Assembly: GCA_017654855.1 (NCBI GenBank)
Contig: CM030335.1
Location: 806,001 to 870,000, forward strand
Reading direction: 5' to 3'
DNA length: 64,000 nt
From: Podospora anserina
Taxonomy: Eukaryota
Position 1 is the first letter of the stretch. Each line of letters opens with the position of its first letter. The notes under the pieces were generated by a model. It ran no database searches and had not been told where the DNA came from. It saw only the letters and a program-made list of their open reading frames with translations. A program made the position numbers and the translations under genes. Positions 47,315-61,600 of the stretch are shown piece after piece.

Positions 47315-50300
47315 TGTTACAGTTAACCCAACGGCAGGTCGCGCCACATGTGGGGCGCAGGTCGCCCCTAGCTAATCATTTAGGAAGTTAGGGAACAAGC
47401 CGATCAGGGCTAAGCAAAAGTGCTATAGCGCTAAAGCTCACGAGCAGTCTACAGGATGCAAGATGCTAGGGATGATCAGAGGTATAGCACGACGAGCATA
47501 ATACAGATGTAATGTGCTAGGAGTGATCAGAGGTATAGCACGACGAGCATAATGCAGGATGTAATGTACTAGGAGTGATCGGGCCTATAGTAAGGTAAGC
47601 ACCTTACGGCCCTAAGGTTTATATATACGGAGGAACTAGCTAGTATAGATAAATAGTTCCGTAATATATAATTTAAGTTTATATTTACGGTAATTAATAT
47701 TTATATTAAAATATTTTATTATATATTATTTAATTATACCGAACTAATTATTAGAAATTACTTTTAATTAATATCCCTTTTAAAAGTTCTATATAGAGGT
47801 TCGTTATACGTTATATACTTACTTTAACTCTATTATAAATAAATTAAAAATGTTTTTTTATTATTATAGTTTAACCTAAAAATATTTAAATAGGAAGCGT
47901 TCCGCCTAACTTAATTATTAAAGAATCTTTTACAGTAAACGCTAGGTCCAAGGTTACTACGGCTTAATAGTTTATTAATTATATTAAAAAATTTAAAGCC
48001 GAAGTTTAGTAAATTAAAGAATAAATTTTTACTTTTTTAACGGTTAGGCTTACATATATAATTAAGTTTTTAGTACCGGAGTACTATAGAAACGGAAAGG
48101 TAAAACTTAAAGGTTTTTTAATTTAGTTTAAAACCTATTTTTATTATTATTTAAAATAGTTCGATATAGAAAAATTAAAAGTAATATATATAACTACCCG
48201 GCTTAAAAATAAAATTTTTATTTAATTTAAACTTATTTTTAACGATTATTATAAAGTAATAACGGAGGACTAAAAGGAGATTACTATTTAGTATTTTCGG
48301 AACTACCGAACTTTTAAAGTAAAGTTTAAAAAAATATTTAAAAAATATAATAAAAATAAACGTATATAAAAGAGGCTCGCGAACCTATAATAAATATATT
48401 TAATAACGGAATATATTATTTAATTTAAGATTAATAATTTACGTAATAAAATTAACGATAAGGGGTTAATATAAATCTTTTATAATAATTTTAAAGAAAA
48501 AGTAAAGAACGAATTATATAAAGAGGAGAAGCTTAATATTATTAATAAATATATTATTATAGTTATACGGATTAACGATAAATAATTTTAATATCGTATA
48601 GAGAAAAAAAACTATAATAATCGGGGTTATTATAAAAATTATTACTCTAACGATAAATATAAATAATAATATCCGACTATTAATTACTTTAATATTATAT
48701 ATTTAGGACCTATAAATATTAATATTATATAATAATAAAGGTTATAAGGCTAGGGCTAAAGTAAAAATAATTATAAATATTTTAATTATAGTAAAGTAAA
48801 ATATTTTAAAAAGGATTACCGAGTATTTAAATAATTTAAGTAAAAGAAAAAGGTCGCTGTAATAATTATTATATTAAGGGGACCGAGGGTTATAGAGGTT
48901 ATAGTTATTAAGTATTAATAAAGTAAAGTAATAAACTTTAAAAAAAAATTTAATTAGTATACCGAATAAAAGGAAATAAAGTTTTAAGGGTTACGGGAAA
49001 TAATAAAAAGGTTAAAGGCGGAGTATAAAGAAAGAGACCTTTAAATATTAGTATTTTAGGATCGATTAGTATAAATTACTATAGAAATTATTACGGAAGT
49101 CGCTAAGGATAATAATGCTATATAATAGGAAGGACCTATTAAATAAATAATATTAAAAAAGTAATACGGTAAATATAAAATTATTATTTCGTAAAAAATA
49201 TTATTATTTATAAAGTTTGTATATAAAAGCCGGAAAAAATATTAAAAGAGTAAAAAAATTATTAATATTAGGATCGCGAAATTATTAAGAAATATACTTA
49301 TATTTATATAATATATATTTTATAAAAGAAATATAATATAATTTTATTTTAAATATCCGGAATATTAAAAAGTATTTTAGTTTTAATATATTATATATAA
49401 ATATATAAAATATTATTAAAGTAAATCGCTATATAATTATTAGCCGTTCGTATTAAAGTATACGAAATACTATATTAAATACGTAAATAATTAAAATATA
49501 AATAATAATATATATTTTTAAGAAAAAATAATATTAAATTAATATTTAAATTTAAATTATATATTATATTTATAAAAAATAAATAAATAATATTATTAAA
49601 TAAAAATATTTAAATAAATAATTAAATAAAAAAACCGTTATTAGATATATATACGGAAAAATATTAAATACGTAAAAGATAAAAAATAGGAGGAAACTAA
49701 ACGAATATAGTTAAAAAATTTTATATTATTAAATAACCCGGAATAAAAAAACGTTTTTAAATAATATAATTATTTAAAAAACGATTCGCGGTTCTTTACG
49801 GGGGCCGGTAATTTTTAACGGACTACGAATAGTATTTTCGGAAGTATTAGCGTAAAATAAAGGTATAAAATAATAATCCGGTATTCGTTAACGAAATTAT
49901 TATTATATAGGAAGGAAGTAAAAAAAATAAATATTTTTAAATTATAATATATTAAAAAAATATTTAAATAATAATATTAATAAATAAAAGTATAAAGACG
50001 AATTTAATTTTATTATAATTTATATATTAAACTAAAATACTATAAAAGAAAAAAAAAATAAATTATTATATAAGGATTATTTCCGACGTAAAAGGTTTAT
50101 AAAAAAATATTACTTTTAAATATTATAGTTAAAAGAAAAATAATTTTAATTATATTTAATATTATAAATATAGAATCCTCGAAGGATATAATCCTAAAGT
50201 AATTATAGTATAAAAATTATAATTTAAATATCGATTAAAGGAATAGTAATTACTTACGACTAAAAGAACCTTAAAAATATTTAATTAACGATAAAAGATT

Positions 50301-52262
50301 AGGCGTACGTATAGAGCGGAGTGTAGGATAAGCACCCTCTATAGTACTACCGTAAGGAGCTTAAAAAGTAATAGTGTACTTTATCGATATAGGCGGTAAG
50401 ATCGAAGAAGTAAAGTTAATAACGTTAATAAAGATATCGGAGATTAATAAATATATTTATTATAATAATATAAAGAAAAGTAAAAAAAAAATAATATTAA
50501 TAAAATATCGAGGATATTTAGCCTTTACGGTTAAGTATTTAAAGGGATTTTTAAAGCGAGAACCGTAGGGCTACGAAATTAAATTAAAAAAAAAATTAAA
50601 TTATAGCTATTTAAAGTCTATTATACTAACGATAAATAAAGTAAAAAATTATAGAAATACTTAAATAAAAATTTAAAAAAAAATATATTAAGAAGTCTAT
50701 ATTATTAGTAGAATACCCTATATTCTTCGTACTAAAAAAAAATAGTGGTTTATAATTATATATAAATTACTATTAATTAAATAATAAAATAATAAAAAAT
50801 AATTACCTATTATTATTAATATTTAGGTTACGGAGTTAATTAATAGGGGTACGATACTTTATACGTTTAAATATATTTATCGGGTATACTTATATACGGA
50901 TTAAAGAAAAAAATAAATAGAAAATAACGTTTTGTATACTTTATAATTATTTCGAGTATCTCGTAATACTATTTAAGTTAATTAATATACCCGTAACGTT
51001 TTAATTTCTTATTAATTATATAATTCGGAAGTACCTCGATAAAATAATAATATATTATTTTAATAATATTTTTATTTATTTATATATTTTAAAAAAATAT
51101 AAGTAATATATATAAAAGATATTTAACGTACTATATAGAACTAAACTTTTAATTAATAAAGAGAAAAGCGAGTTTTACGTATAAAAAATAATATATTTAA
51201 AATATTTAATATTATTAAATAAAGTTCGTATAGAATTTAAGAAAATTATAATAATTAAAGACTAGTTTACGCTATAATTATAAATATATATTAAAGAATT
51301 TTTAAAGTTTATAAATTTTTATTAAATATTTATTTATATATATATAAGTATTACGCAGTTATTTAACTATTTAATTAAGAAAGATATAGAGTTTCGGTGG
51401 GGGTAAGAAGAAGAGTAGGCTTTTTAGGAGCTAAAAGAGGCTATTTTAAAGGACCTAGTATTTAAATTATTAGACTTTAGTCGATTATTTAAAGTCGAGG
51501 TAAATATATTAAACTATACGATTAGTAAATAATTAAAGTAGTAAGACGATAACGGTAAGTTATACCCGGTAATTTTTTTTTAAAGAAGTTCGAAGGGGTA
51601 CGTTAAAACTATTTAATTTATAATAAAAAGTTATTTACTATTATTAAAGCGTTTGAGGAATAAAAGTTATATTTTAGTAATATTAAATATAAAATATAGG
51701 TCTATACGGATTATAAAAATCTATAGTACTTTATTATTACGAAGGTCCTTAATGTACGGTAAATATAATAATTAGAGTTTCTTTTAGAATTTAATTTTTA
51801 AATTAATTATAAAAAAGGTTCGGAGAACGCTAAGGTAAATGTATTTAGCCGGCGGGCCGATTATTATAAAGATATACCTAGGGAGTTACTATTATTATTT
51901 AAGGAAACATTAAACGGTATTTTTAAATATTTATTATAATCGTAAATAAAGTATTATATAATATATTATAAGAAAGTTATTTTTAATAAATATTAAGGGA
52001 AGTTAAATAACGATATTACGGAGTAATATTAATAAAAAGAGTTAAAGCTATAAAGTATTTAAAAAAATAGTTAAGGAAGATTATAGTATAAGAATCGAGT
52101 ATATATAATATTAAGTAATAGTATAATATTAATAATAAAGATTTACGGATCGAAGTTCGGAGGATATATAGGTATTGTAAAGACTATAGAAAAAATTAAA
52201 TAATATTTTAATTAATTAAAAATTAAAAACGATATTAAGGAAGTTATTTAATTATATTATAT
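47315..52262 (+). mobile_element. RIP-inactivated Ty3/gypsy retrotransposon (5' LTR 47315-47808, gag-pol), interrupted in the integrase; possibly crapaud-like
   Basis: Relic motifs: gag KFLVPEYYRNGKVKLKGFLI (about 48063), CCHC knuckle YFNYSKVKYFKKDY (about 48778), RT FEYLVILFKLINIPVTF* (about 50951) and YFNNI (=YLDDI, about 51056), RNase H VEVNILNYTIS (=EADASDYAIG, about 51494), integrase Zn domain IYGSKFGGYIG (=IHGSKFGGHMG, about 52141). The RT-RH-IN order indicates gypsy. The family name is from recollection only. Confidence 0.9.
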
Positions 52263-52601
52263 TGAAATGGTAAGAAAACACACAAAACAACCACAACACC
52301 ACAAATATACCCTCAACAGGTCTCAGAATGAACACACCTGCGTGACAGTGACTCGCTCGCATGCCGCACTTCACGTAGGACAAAGAAAAGACACTATGGG
52401 CTCGCAGGCCACATAATAAGTACCGGATTAGCCTGATTAGAGGGCTAGAATTGCTTGCACGCGTGTAAGGCATAAAATACGAAGAAAAGAATAAAAATTA
52501 ATAATCTATTTAAAATAGAATATCCGAAGTAAATCGCTTATATATATAACCCCTAAACCCCTAAGTCCTTTAAAAGCCCTACTTCCTTACTTATATTTTT
52601 A
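52263..52601 (-). repeat. 3' LTR of the large gypsy element (about 339 bp)
   Basis: Begins TGAAA and probably ends TTTTA (RIP form of TTTCA). Aligns with 63760-64000. The right boundary is inferred. Confidence 0.78.
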
Positions 52602-55600
52602 GGCCTATAGCCGTACCCCAAACCAAACCTCCCTTCGCATTTAACTATTATAAACCAGTGGGTAAATATATATATAAAAAAAAAATCTTTTATAAATAAA
52701 AAAAAAAAAAAATATTATTTAATAAAAAAAAAGGAAAACGATATAATTCTATTATCCCTTTATTTATTTTCCTTTAATTAAAAAAAAAATACTTTTACTT
52801 TTCGGATTTTAAAATATATTTTTATCCCTATCGAACTATTATAATTAATAACCTAATAACTTCTTCCTTTCGTCTTTAAAGAACTTTAGAAACCTATTTT
52901 TATTTTATAAAATTAAATATATAATTAAATAAAAAGTATATTATTAACGATTTTAAATAATTATAAATAAAGGGACGGGTAATTATAAACTTAAAAAAAA
53001 GCAGCGAGTCTATTATTATAAAAGTACGGAACTTAAAAAAAATTATTATTTTATTTAATCGTTAAAAGTTATTTAATATATTACTTAATTTAAACCTTTT
53101 ATAATTAAAAGGAAAACCTATAATATATTTATTTCCCTTAATAATAATAATTAAAACTAACGGAAAACTAAAAAAAAAAGTAAACCGGGAAATTAATAAA
53201 AATTTAAAAGGAAACGAAAAGATATTTAATAAATTAAATCCTTCCGCATTTATTAAATCCTCCAGGCCCCTCTTCTTTTATTTTTTATTACGTACCCTTT
53301 AATTAAATTTATAATTTAAAAAATTTTTTATATAAATTATTTATAATTTTATTATTTTTTTCCCCGCAATACCTACAGTCTTATAGTCTTTATAATAATA
53401 ATCTCCTCTCTAAGCCTTTACTACCGTTAAATCCTCCTCTTTACCGTACGAAATACCTCCCTAAAAATAAATATAGTAATACTTTAAAACCTAAAAATTA
53501 TATTTCTACGCCCCGCCCTATTTACCGTAAATTAACCTCCTTACTTTTATATTAAAACTATAGTAAAAAATATAATAAATATAAAATATTAAATAAAAAA
53601 TAATATTAATTTAATATCCCTTTTAATCTTTTAATAAATTTATATAAACTAAAATATTAATAATAATATTATAAATACTTATTACTTAATAACTTCCGTT
53701 ATTAATATAAATAAAGAAAATTTAATATCGTTAATTAAAAGTATTATAATTATCGTTAAATAAGAAAAAACGTATCGATAACTTTATTATAATAGGGTTT
53801 AAAAGCTCTTTAGGGATTTATATATAACGCTTAAAGATTTTTTAAAAAAAATATTAAAAAGCATAAGTAAAAACTAAACTAGTAAACTACTATTTAACCT
53901 TTAATTAACTTTAAAGGTTATATATAATATAAGTAAAAGAAGCTATATAAATACTATAAATATAAATCCGATTAAAGAAAATCGTTATTTTTAAATTAAA
54001 AAAAAAATATTTAATAATATTAATCGAAAATTATTTTATAAAAATAATATTAATTTAATCGGGCCGCCTTCCTATAATATAATTTCCTAAATTAATAATT
54101 AAATTAAAGTTAAAACGAATAGATTAAAGAATATTATTACTTTAAAAAAAAAATATTATATAGGGGACTAAAGCTATAAACCCTATCGATACTTTAAAAA
54201 TATATTTTCCGAATAATTTTTTTAACGAAATTATTAAAAAAGCCGAATTTTTTAATAATAATAAATTTTTCCTATAATATATTATAAATAAACTTTATAA
54301 AAAATATTAATAATATTATTCTATAAAAATTAAAAAAAAGTAATATATAATATAATTTATAATTAAAGGGTTATCGAGAGGAAAGTAAAAAAATTCTTTA
54401 AAATAAAAAATTAAAAAAAAAAAAAGGTTTTCGGTAAATCTTTATTTTTTATTATTTATTTAATTTATAAAGTAAAATTATTAAATAATTACGTAAATCG
54501 TTTAAAGAGGAAAGAACGTTTTAATAAATCTCCCTTCTATAGAGGTTTATAAAACTAATTATATTATTCTATCCTTTAATTATAAATATTTATATTAATT
54601 TTCTTTATTCCCGTTTACTTTTTATTTTTTTTAATATTTATTAACCGCTTCCTTTTAATAACCTTTTTTTTAAAGAAACCTATTACTTTATTTAATTAAG
54701 TAATTAATAATTTTATTATTTAGATATTTATAATTTTTTTTATTAAAAAACCTTTTAATTAAATCGAGGGAGTTTTTAACTTTATTATATACGATTAGTT
54801 TAAAATCGTTATAGATTTTACTTAAAAACCTTTATTTATTACCTTTATTTATTATTTTATTAATTTTATTTATACTTTTAATAATTAAAATATTATTTAT
54901 AAAAAGTATATTTAAATTCGGTATCCTATTTATATTTACGATTCTACTATATTTAAAAATATTAATATTTATTATAATATTTTTCTCCCCTATTAAACTA
55001 CTTTTTAATACTTTAAAATTTCCCTTTTAAATTTTAAATACGTAATTACTTTCCTTTACTTTAAATAATTCCTCCTTAATTTAACGAAAAAGGAAGATAA
55101 AAAAGAATAATAATTATTTTTTAAGGATATTAATATAAATAAAATTATTATTAATTATATTTTTAAAATATTATTGATCGGTTCCGTTAAACGGATTTTC
55201 GTTAAACGGTTTAATAAATAATTTTTCGGGTATTAATTTTTCGAAATCGTTAAATAGATTTATTACTTTAAAGGCTTATTTATTTAAACTACTAAATTAC
55301 TATAAGTACCGCCCCCCTAATTAAACTTAATTTAATATTAATATATTAAATTTAATTATATTAATTTATATAATAAATATAATTAGAATTATTACCGGTC
55401 TTTCGTAACGTTCCTCGATAAAATTAAAATTAAAATAATATAATTATATTTCGGTTATATAAAAAAAAAAAATTTCGATTAAAAATATAGAAATTATTAA
55501 TATAAAAGTATTTATTATTTATAATTTAATATTAATAAAAATAATTTTTATTTTAAAGATTTTAATAATAATAAATTATTAAAATTAAATTATAGTACTA

Positions 55601-58600
55601 TAAATTTAATTCTTAATAATAAAAAAGTCGATTAGAATTAAAAATAAGAAAAATAGCGGGCTAAATATAAAGAACTTAAAAAATAATAAATAAATAAAAA
55701 AAAAGAAAAAAAGAAAGAAAAAAAATAGTTTTTTATTTCTTTAGATTAAAGGAAGGGGTATAAAGAAAGAAATAAATTAAAAAAAAAAATAATAAAAAAA
55801 AAAAAGAAATTAAAAATTTAATATAATAATTTTTACTTTAATTAATTATTTCCCTTAATATTTTTCTTCCCTTTAAAAATAAATAATTTTTATAATTTTA
55901 TTCTTATAATATAAATTTTAATACCTTTTTAAAAAAAAATAATAATTATAATACTTTTATTATTATTTTTCTTTAATTACCTAAAAAATCCTTTAATCTA
56001 CCCTTCTTTAAGATTACCTTTATACTTTTATTTTTTTTAAATCTCTTCTATACTTTAATATTCTTCCGTTCTATTTAAATCTTCCCCCTAATTATTATTC
56101 TCTTTAATATTTCTTCTACTATCTCTTCTTCTTTATCCTTATCTTTTACTATATTTACGCTTTCCTTTATTTTATTTTTAAGTACTTACTTAACTCTCTT
56201 TAGTCTTAATTATATATTTATATCCTTTTTATTTATATATACGTCTTTTAATCTAAAAAACTTCTTTACCCTATTTAGCGTATAAGAAATTTATAATAAT
56301 ATTTTATTTAATATTTTTAGGAAATAATAAGTATTATTTAATTTAACTTTCTTTATTTTAAAAAGGCCGTTCTAACGGTACTATAACTTCTTTATTATAT
56401 TTATATTTAACTTTCTATTTATTTTATATACTAATATTAAGTCCCTTTTTTTAATTATATTATTTTTAAACTTAATATTATAAATCTTTTTTTTATTTTT
56501 TTTTATTATAGTTTTCTATTTTACTATACTAACCCTTTTAACTATTAAAATTAAATTTATCTTCTAGGATTTTAATAATCTTACCTTTACCTCTATTAAA
56601 TCTATAATCGCTCTCTCCTTTTAATATCTCCCTAATCTATTAAAATTAATCTTTTTTTATTAAACGATTCTCTATAACGGTATATCCTTTTCGATTAGCG
56701 TAATAAAGTTAAACTTATATACTAAATAAAAAGTATTATATTTATAAATATTTTATATTATAATTTTATTAATAAATAATATATAAAAAAACTATTATTT
56801 TTACTTTTTCTTTATTTTATTTATTATTTTTATTAATATTAATATAATTAAAATATAATTAAACTCCGTTATTTTATTTATTTTTATATTATAAAATAAA
56901 ATTATTATCCGAAAAACTCTTAACCTCTTTAAAATCTTAATAGCTTCCTTCTTAAATTTTAATCCACCGTCTATTATTATAATTAAAGGATAACCCTATC
57001 TAAAAATAATATTATATAGAATAAAGTTCTTAACTTTAAAAGTTTTATTTAAATTTAAAATTTTTATTTTTAAATATTTAATTAAATTATCCCTCGCTTT
57101 TAAAAAGTAAGTTTTTTCTTTTAAAACTATTAATAAAAACTAAATATTTAAATACTATTTCGTAAATAAAGTAATTAAAAGTTTAATATATAAATATTAA
57201 TTTTCTTAACGCTTCGGACTTTATTATTAATATTATTTATATATTTTAATTTAAACCTCGACGTTAACGTATATACCCTTCTAATAATAATTTTTTATTA
57301 CTCGGGTATAGGTAGCTTCCCGTCCTTTATAACCTATTTCGTTATAATACGTATTAAAAACTCTTTCCCGCTCGATTAAAAGGTTAATAATTCTTTTAGG
57401 GGGAAAACCTCTTTTATTTAATTTAAAAAATAAAATTTTATTTTTAGAAATTATTTTTAGGGTATTATTCTTAATAGTTTAAACGTTAAACCTTATTTTA
57501 ACCTTTAACTCCGTACTAATCGCAAGGAACTCGGCGATAATATAGGAATAAAAAGACTATAGTTTATTTAAGTAAGGGCTTTACTTAATAACTTCCTTTT
57601 TTTTTTTTTAATATTTATTTATTAAATATTTATTTTTTAAATATCGTTCTTCTAAATCCTTACGTTAATTTTATTATTAATATTTAATTTTAATTCCTTC
57701 TCCCTTAAATTAAAGGGGCTAAATAGTTTTTTCGATAATACGTTTATTATAAGGTTTTTACTTTTAAAAATATAAATAATTATAAAGTTAAAAAGTTTAA
57801 TTTATCCTAACTATTTTATTATTAAAATACCGGGAATGTTATTAGCCGCCCTTTAGACTTAATAAACTATTATTTAAACGTCCGTTTTTACCGTAAAGTA
57901 TACCCCGAAAAAATACTTTTTAAATCTCCTTAAAATATATAATAGTCCTTTTAATTCCTTTTTAATAGTATTATACTTTTATTTAGCCGGACTTTAAATA
58001 TTATTTTTAAATTAATAAAGGTACCGTTTTTTATTAAGTCCTATTTATTTAATTACCGCTCCCTATCCCGTTAAATTTATATTAAAAATAATAAAGATTT
58101 TACCGAAACGGTTATTATTAAATATTAAAGAAATTAAATATAATATTTTTATAATTAAAAAAATAAATTACTTTATTATACTTTATTAAACTTCTGTTTA
58201 TTCTTATTTCGTATCCTTCTTTATTAAAAAATATAACGGAATTACGATTAGATTAAAGAGAGGTACCTATAACCGATAGTAGCCGGTAATCTTTAGGAAA
58301 GTATAAATATTTTTAAAACTATAATAAATTTATTATTTCCTTATTTTTACTATCTTTATTTAATTAAAAAAACGCCCGTCCGGTATATAAAAATAATTAA
58401 AAATAATAGTTTCCCGTTTATATTAAAAGGATTTTATAATTATAATTATAATTTTTATAAATTTATAATTAAATAAAATTATATTAATATTTTTTAAATA
58501 CTTTAGGACCTACTTCTTAATTCCTAACTTTTTTTCTTTATTATTATAGTCCTACATTAACCCTTTTACTATAATATCGTTTAAATATAACCGATATACT

Positions 58601-61600
58601 TATAAAATAAAATTTTAAAAGACTTTAATTACGGTTTTTTAAAACTAAACTATTAAATTAATAACTTTTTAAAATAAAATATATATTTTAAATAAATTAA
58701 TAGGTATTACGAAAGTAATAAAGTTTCGGTTCGTTAAAATTAATTTAATTTAGTTATATCCGGAAAAAAAATTAAGTAAGAAAGTAATAAAATATTTTAT
58801 AAAATCCTCGCTAAACTCTTTAATACTTAGTAAGATAAAAATATTTTATTACGTAACTTTATTATATTTTTAAATATTATTAATTAAACGGAGGCTATTA
58901 TTTTTTTTTTTATTAAAAATTAATTATTATAGTAAAGACTATACGTTTCTTTAATAATATTTCTTTTAATTTATTCCTAAAAAAAATTAATAACTTTCTT
59001 TATAAATAACTTCGGGATCGAAATAAACTTATTTTACTACGCTTTATAAAGGATAATCCTAATATATTAAGTAAAAAAAACTTTTTTAAAGATCTATTTA
59101 TATTTAATAAAATCCTATACTAATATAATTTCCTTTATAAATAAAATTATTATAAATACTTTAACCTCTTAATTTATTAAAATATTAATAATTTATTTAA
59201 TTAAATCGATTAAATATTTTAAAGTAAAGTATAACCCTTTAATTATTTTAAAAAACTTAAGGACTATAATATTATTAAATTCTAAACTATATTATAGAGA
59301 TTCCTTAATTACCGCCTATCTCTTTACCTTTTAATTCGGATCTCCTTTAAAAGTATTATTATTTAACTTAGTATTATTAACCGGCTTTATTTTTTTATTT
59401 ACCCTTTTATATATTATAATAATAATAATAATATCTATAAATATTAATTAGGTTTATTTAAAAGTAATAATTAAATTAATTTTTATATTATTTTTCTTTT
59501 TAAAAAGGGATAAAAATAAATAATATTTATATAATTATATAATAAAAAAACTATATTAACTTAATTAAGTAAGGAACTAATTAAATATTTTTAAATATAA
59601 AAATATTATATCGGGCTTAAATAGGATTATCCTACTAATCTTTTAATTAAACGGCAGCGATATTTTTAATAATAGTAATAACGGTATTAAATATAAATTT
59701 ATTATAAAGGTCGGTAATAATAATTATTTTTTTTTTAAAATTTCGTTTAAAGTTAAAATTTTTATTATAATTTCTATTTTTTTAAATTAAAATAAAGATT
59801 TTTCTTTCTAGTAATCCTTTATACTTCCTTTCTTTCTTTCCCTTTAATTATTAATATTTTTTCCTCCCTTACTCTTAATATCCCCCTTTTCTTTATTTTT
59901 ATAAAAAATAATATTAAACATTAAATAATAATTTAATAATAATAAATTTAATTCCTTTAAAATAAAATTAAATAAAAAATATTTAACTCTTTTATTTAAT
60001 TCTTTAATTACTTTATTCCCTTCCTTTAACTCCTTCGTTATTTATTTAAAGATAAATACTTTTTTATTAATTAATCCCTTAAATACCTATAAAGGTTAAT
60101 TAATAAAAAAAAATATTATTTTAATCTTTACCGTTATATTCTACCTTTATTTTATTAATTACCTCCTTTTTTACTATATAAGCCTTAATTAACTTTCCTT
60201 TATATAATATATTTATATTAATTATATAACCCTTTATAAAATTAAAAGTAAGGCTCGTATTTATAAAAAACGGGATACTTAATAATAGGTTATAGAAACC
60301 TAAAGCTTTAATATTATTAATAATAAAGAAATAATATAAAATTAGAACCTTAATTAATATTATTAAAGCCTAAATTTTATTTATAAACGTAATTAAATTT
60401 CTATAAAAGTTTTTAAACTATAGGTTTATCGATATTATTAATAAATAAAACTTTTTAATTATAATTTTATTAATTAAGTTATACTCCGAGCCTATATTTA
60501 ATATTATTAATACTTTCTTTAAAATTAATAAAATAAAGTTATAATATAGTAATAGAATATTATAAGTTTAAATAATAGCTTTTAAAAAAATTTATTTATT
60601 ACCGGAAAGCCGGTTAATAAATATAAATAGTAAAGTCTATAATTACTTTTTTAGGTTATTACCCGGTTAAACCTTACTTTTAATAATCTTTTTTTAAATA
60701 CCTCCCTCGACTATACTATACTTACTATCCGCTATAATCCTATATAAAGTAAAGATAATTTTTTTTAATTAAACGGAGGAATTTTACTATATTTAGCCGT
60801 TTAAAAATTCGTCCGAACCGTTAACGGTAAAACCTCCCCCTTTTATAAAACTTTTTTTTTTCTATTCGGGGTACTTTTAAAAGATCTACGCTACTCGATT
60901 ATTTTAATATCCTTAATTATATTTTTTATATAATTTATTAACCGGTAAATAAATATAAATAAAACTTTATAATATTTTTTTAATATAAACTTAATTTAAT
61001 TATAAATATATTTTTTAACTTTTTTAATAATATAATTCTTAAAGTCCTCTACCTTATTATTAAATAATTTTAAATTACTCCGGACTTTATTTCCTTAATC
61101 GGACGAAACTCTTTCCTTAATTACCTTTAATTTTTTTTACGTAAGGGTAAATATTATTTTCGGATTTTCGGTTAAAACTAGGTTATTTATATTTTTTTTT
61201 AGTAAATCCTTAATCCTTACTTTTTTTATTTTTTACGTACCTACCTTTATTTTTACTTTTTAATTATAAATAATTATTAGGGTATTATTAAAGTACTTTA
61301 AAATATTTTTAAGTAATTATTTTTTTATTAAGTAGCGTTATAAAATATTTTTAGTAATATAATTATTAATTAAATTTTTATTAAATAATACGTAAAGTTT
61401 AAAATACTTATAAAGCTTATTTAACTTAATATCTATAGTCCTAACTATCTAAATAACTATTTACTCCTTCCCTTTAATTAAAAAAACCTCGGGCCTATAT
61501 CCCTTACCCTTACGAGTTTCTTAATATTTAATTTATTTTATATAAACTTTATAAACCCTATTTAATTTTAATTTTAACGAAATTATAATATAAACTAAAT

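Noticed and set aside
47452..47610. CRISPR-like repeat array
   Set aside because: Eukaryotic LTR tandem repeat with no unique spacers and no cas genes.
52252..52473. 73-aa ORF and its 60-aa twin at 63788-63970
   Set aside because: Both lie within the LTRs; the similarity reflects the direct repeat, not a gene.
52548..52565. TAACCC-like telomeric seed (TAACCCCTAAACCCCTAA)
   Set aside because: Only two or three imperfect units inside a RIP-mutated LTR; not a telomere tract.
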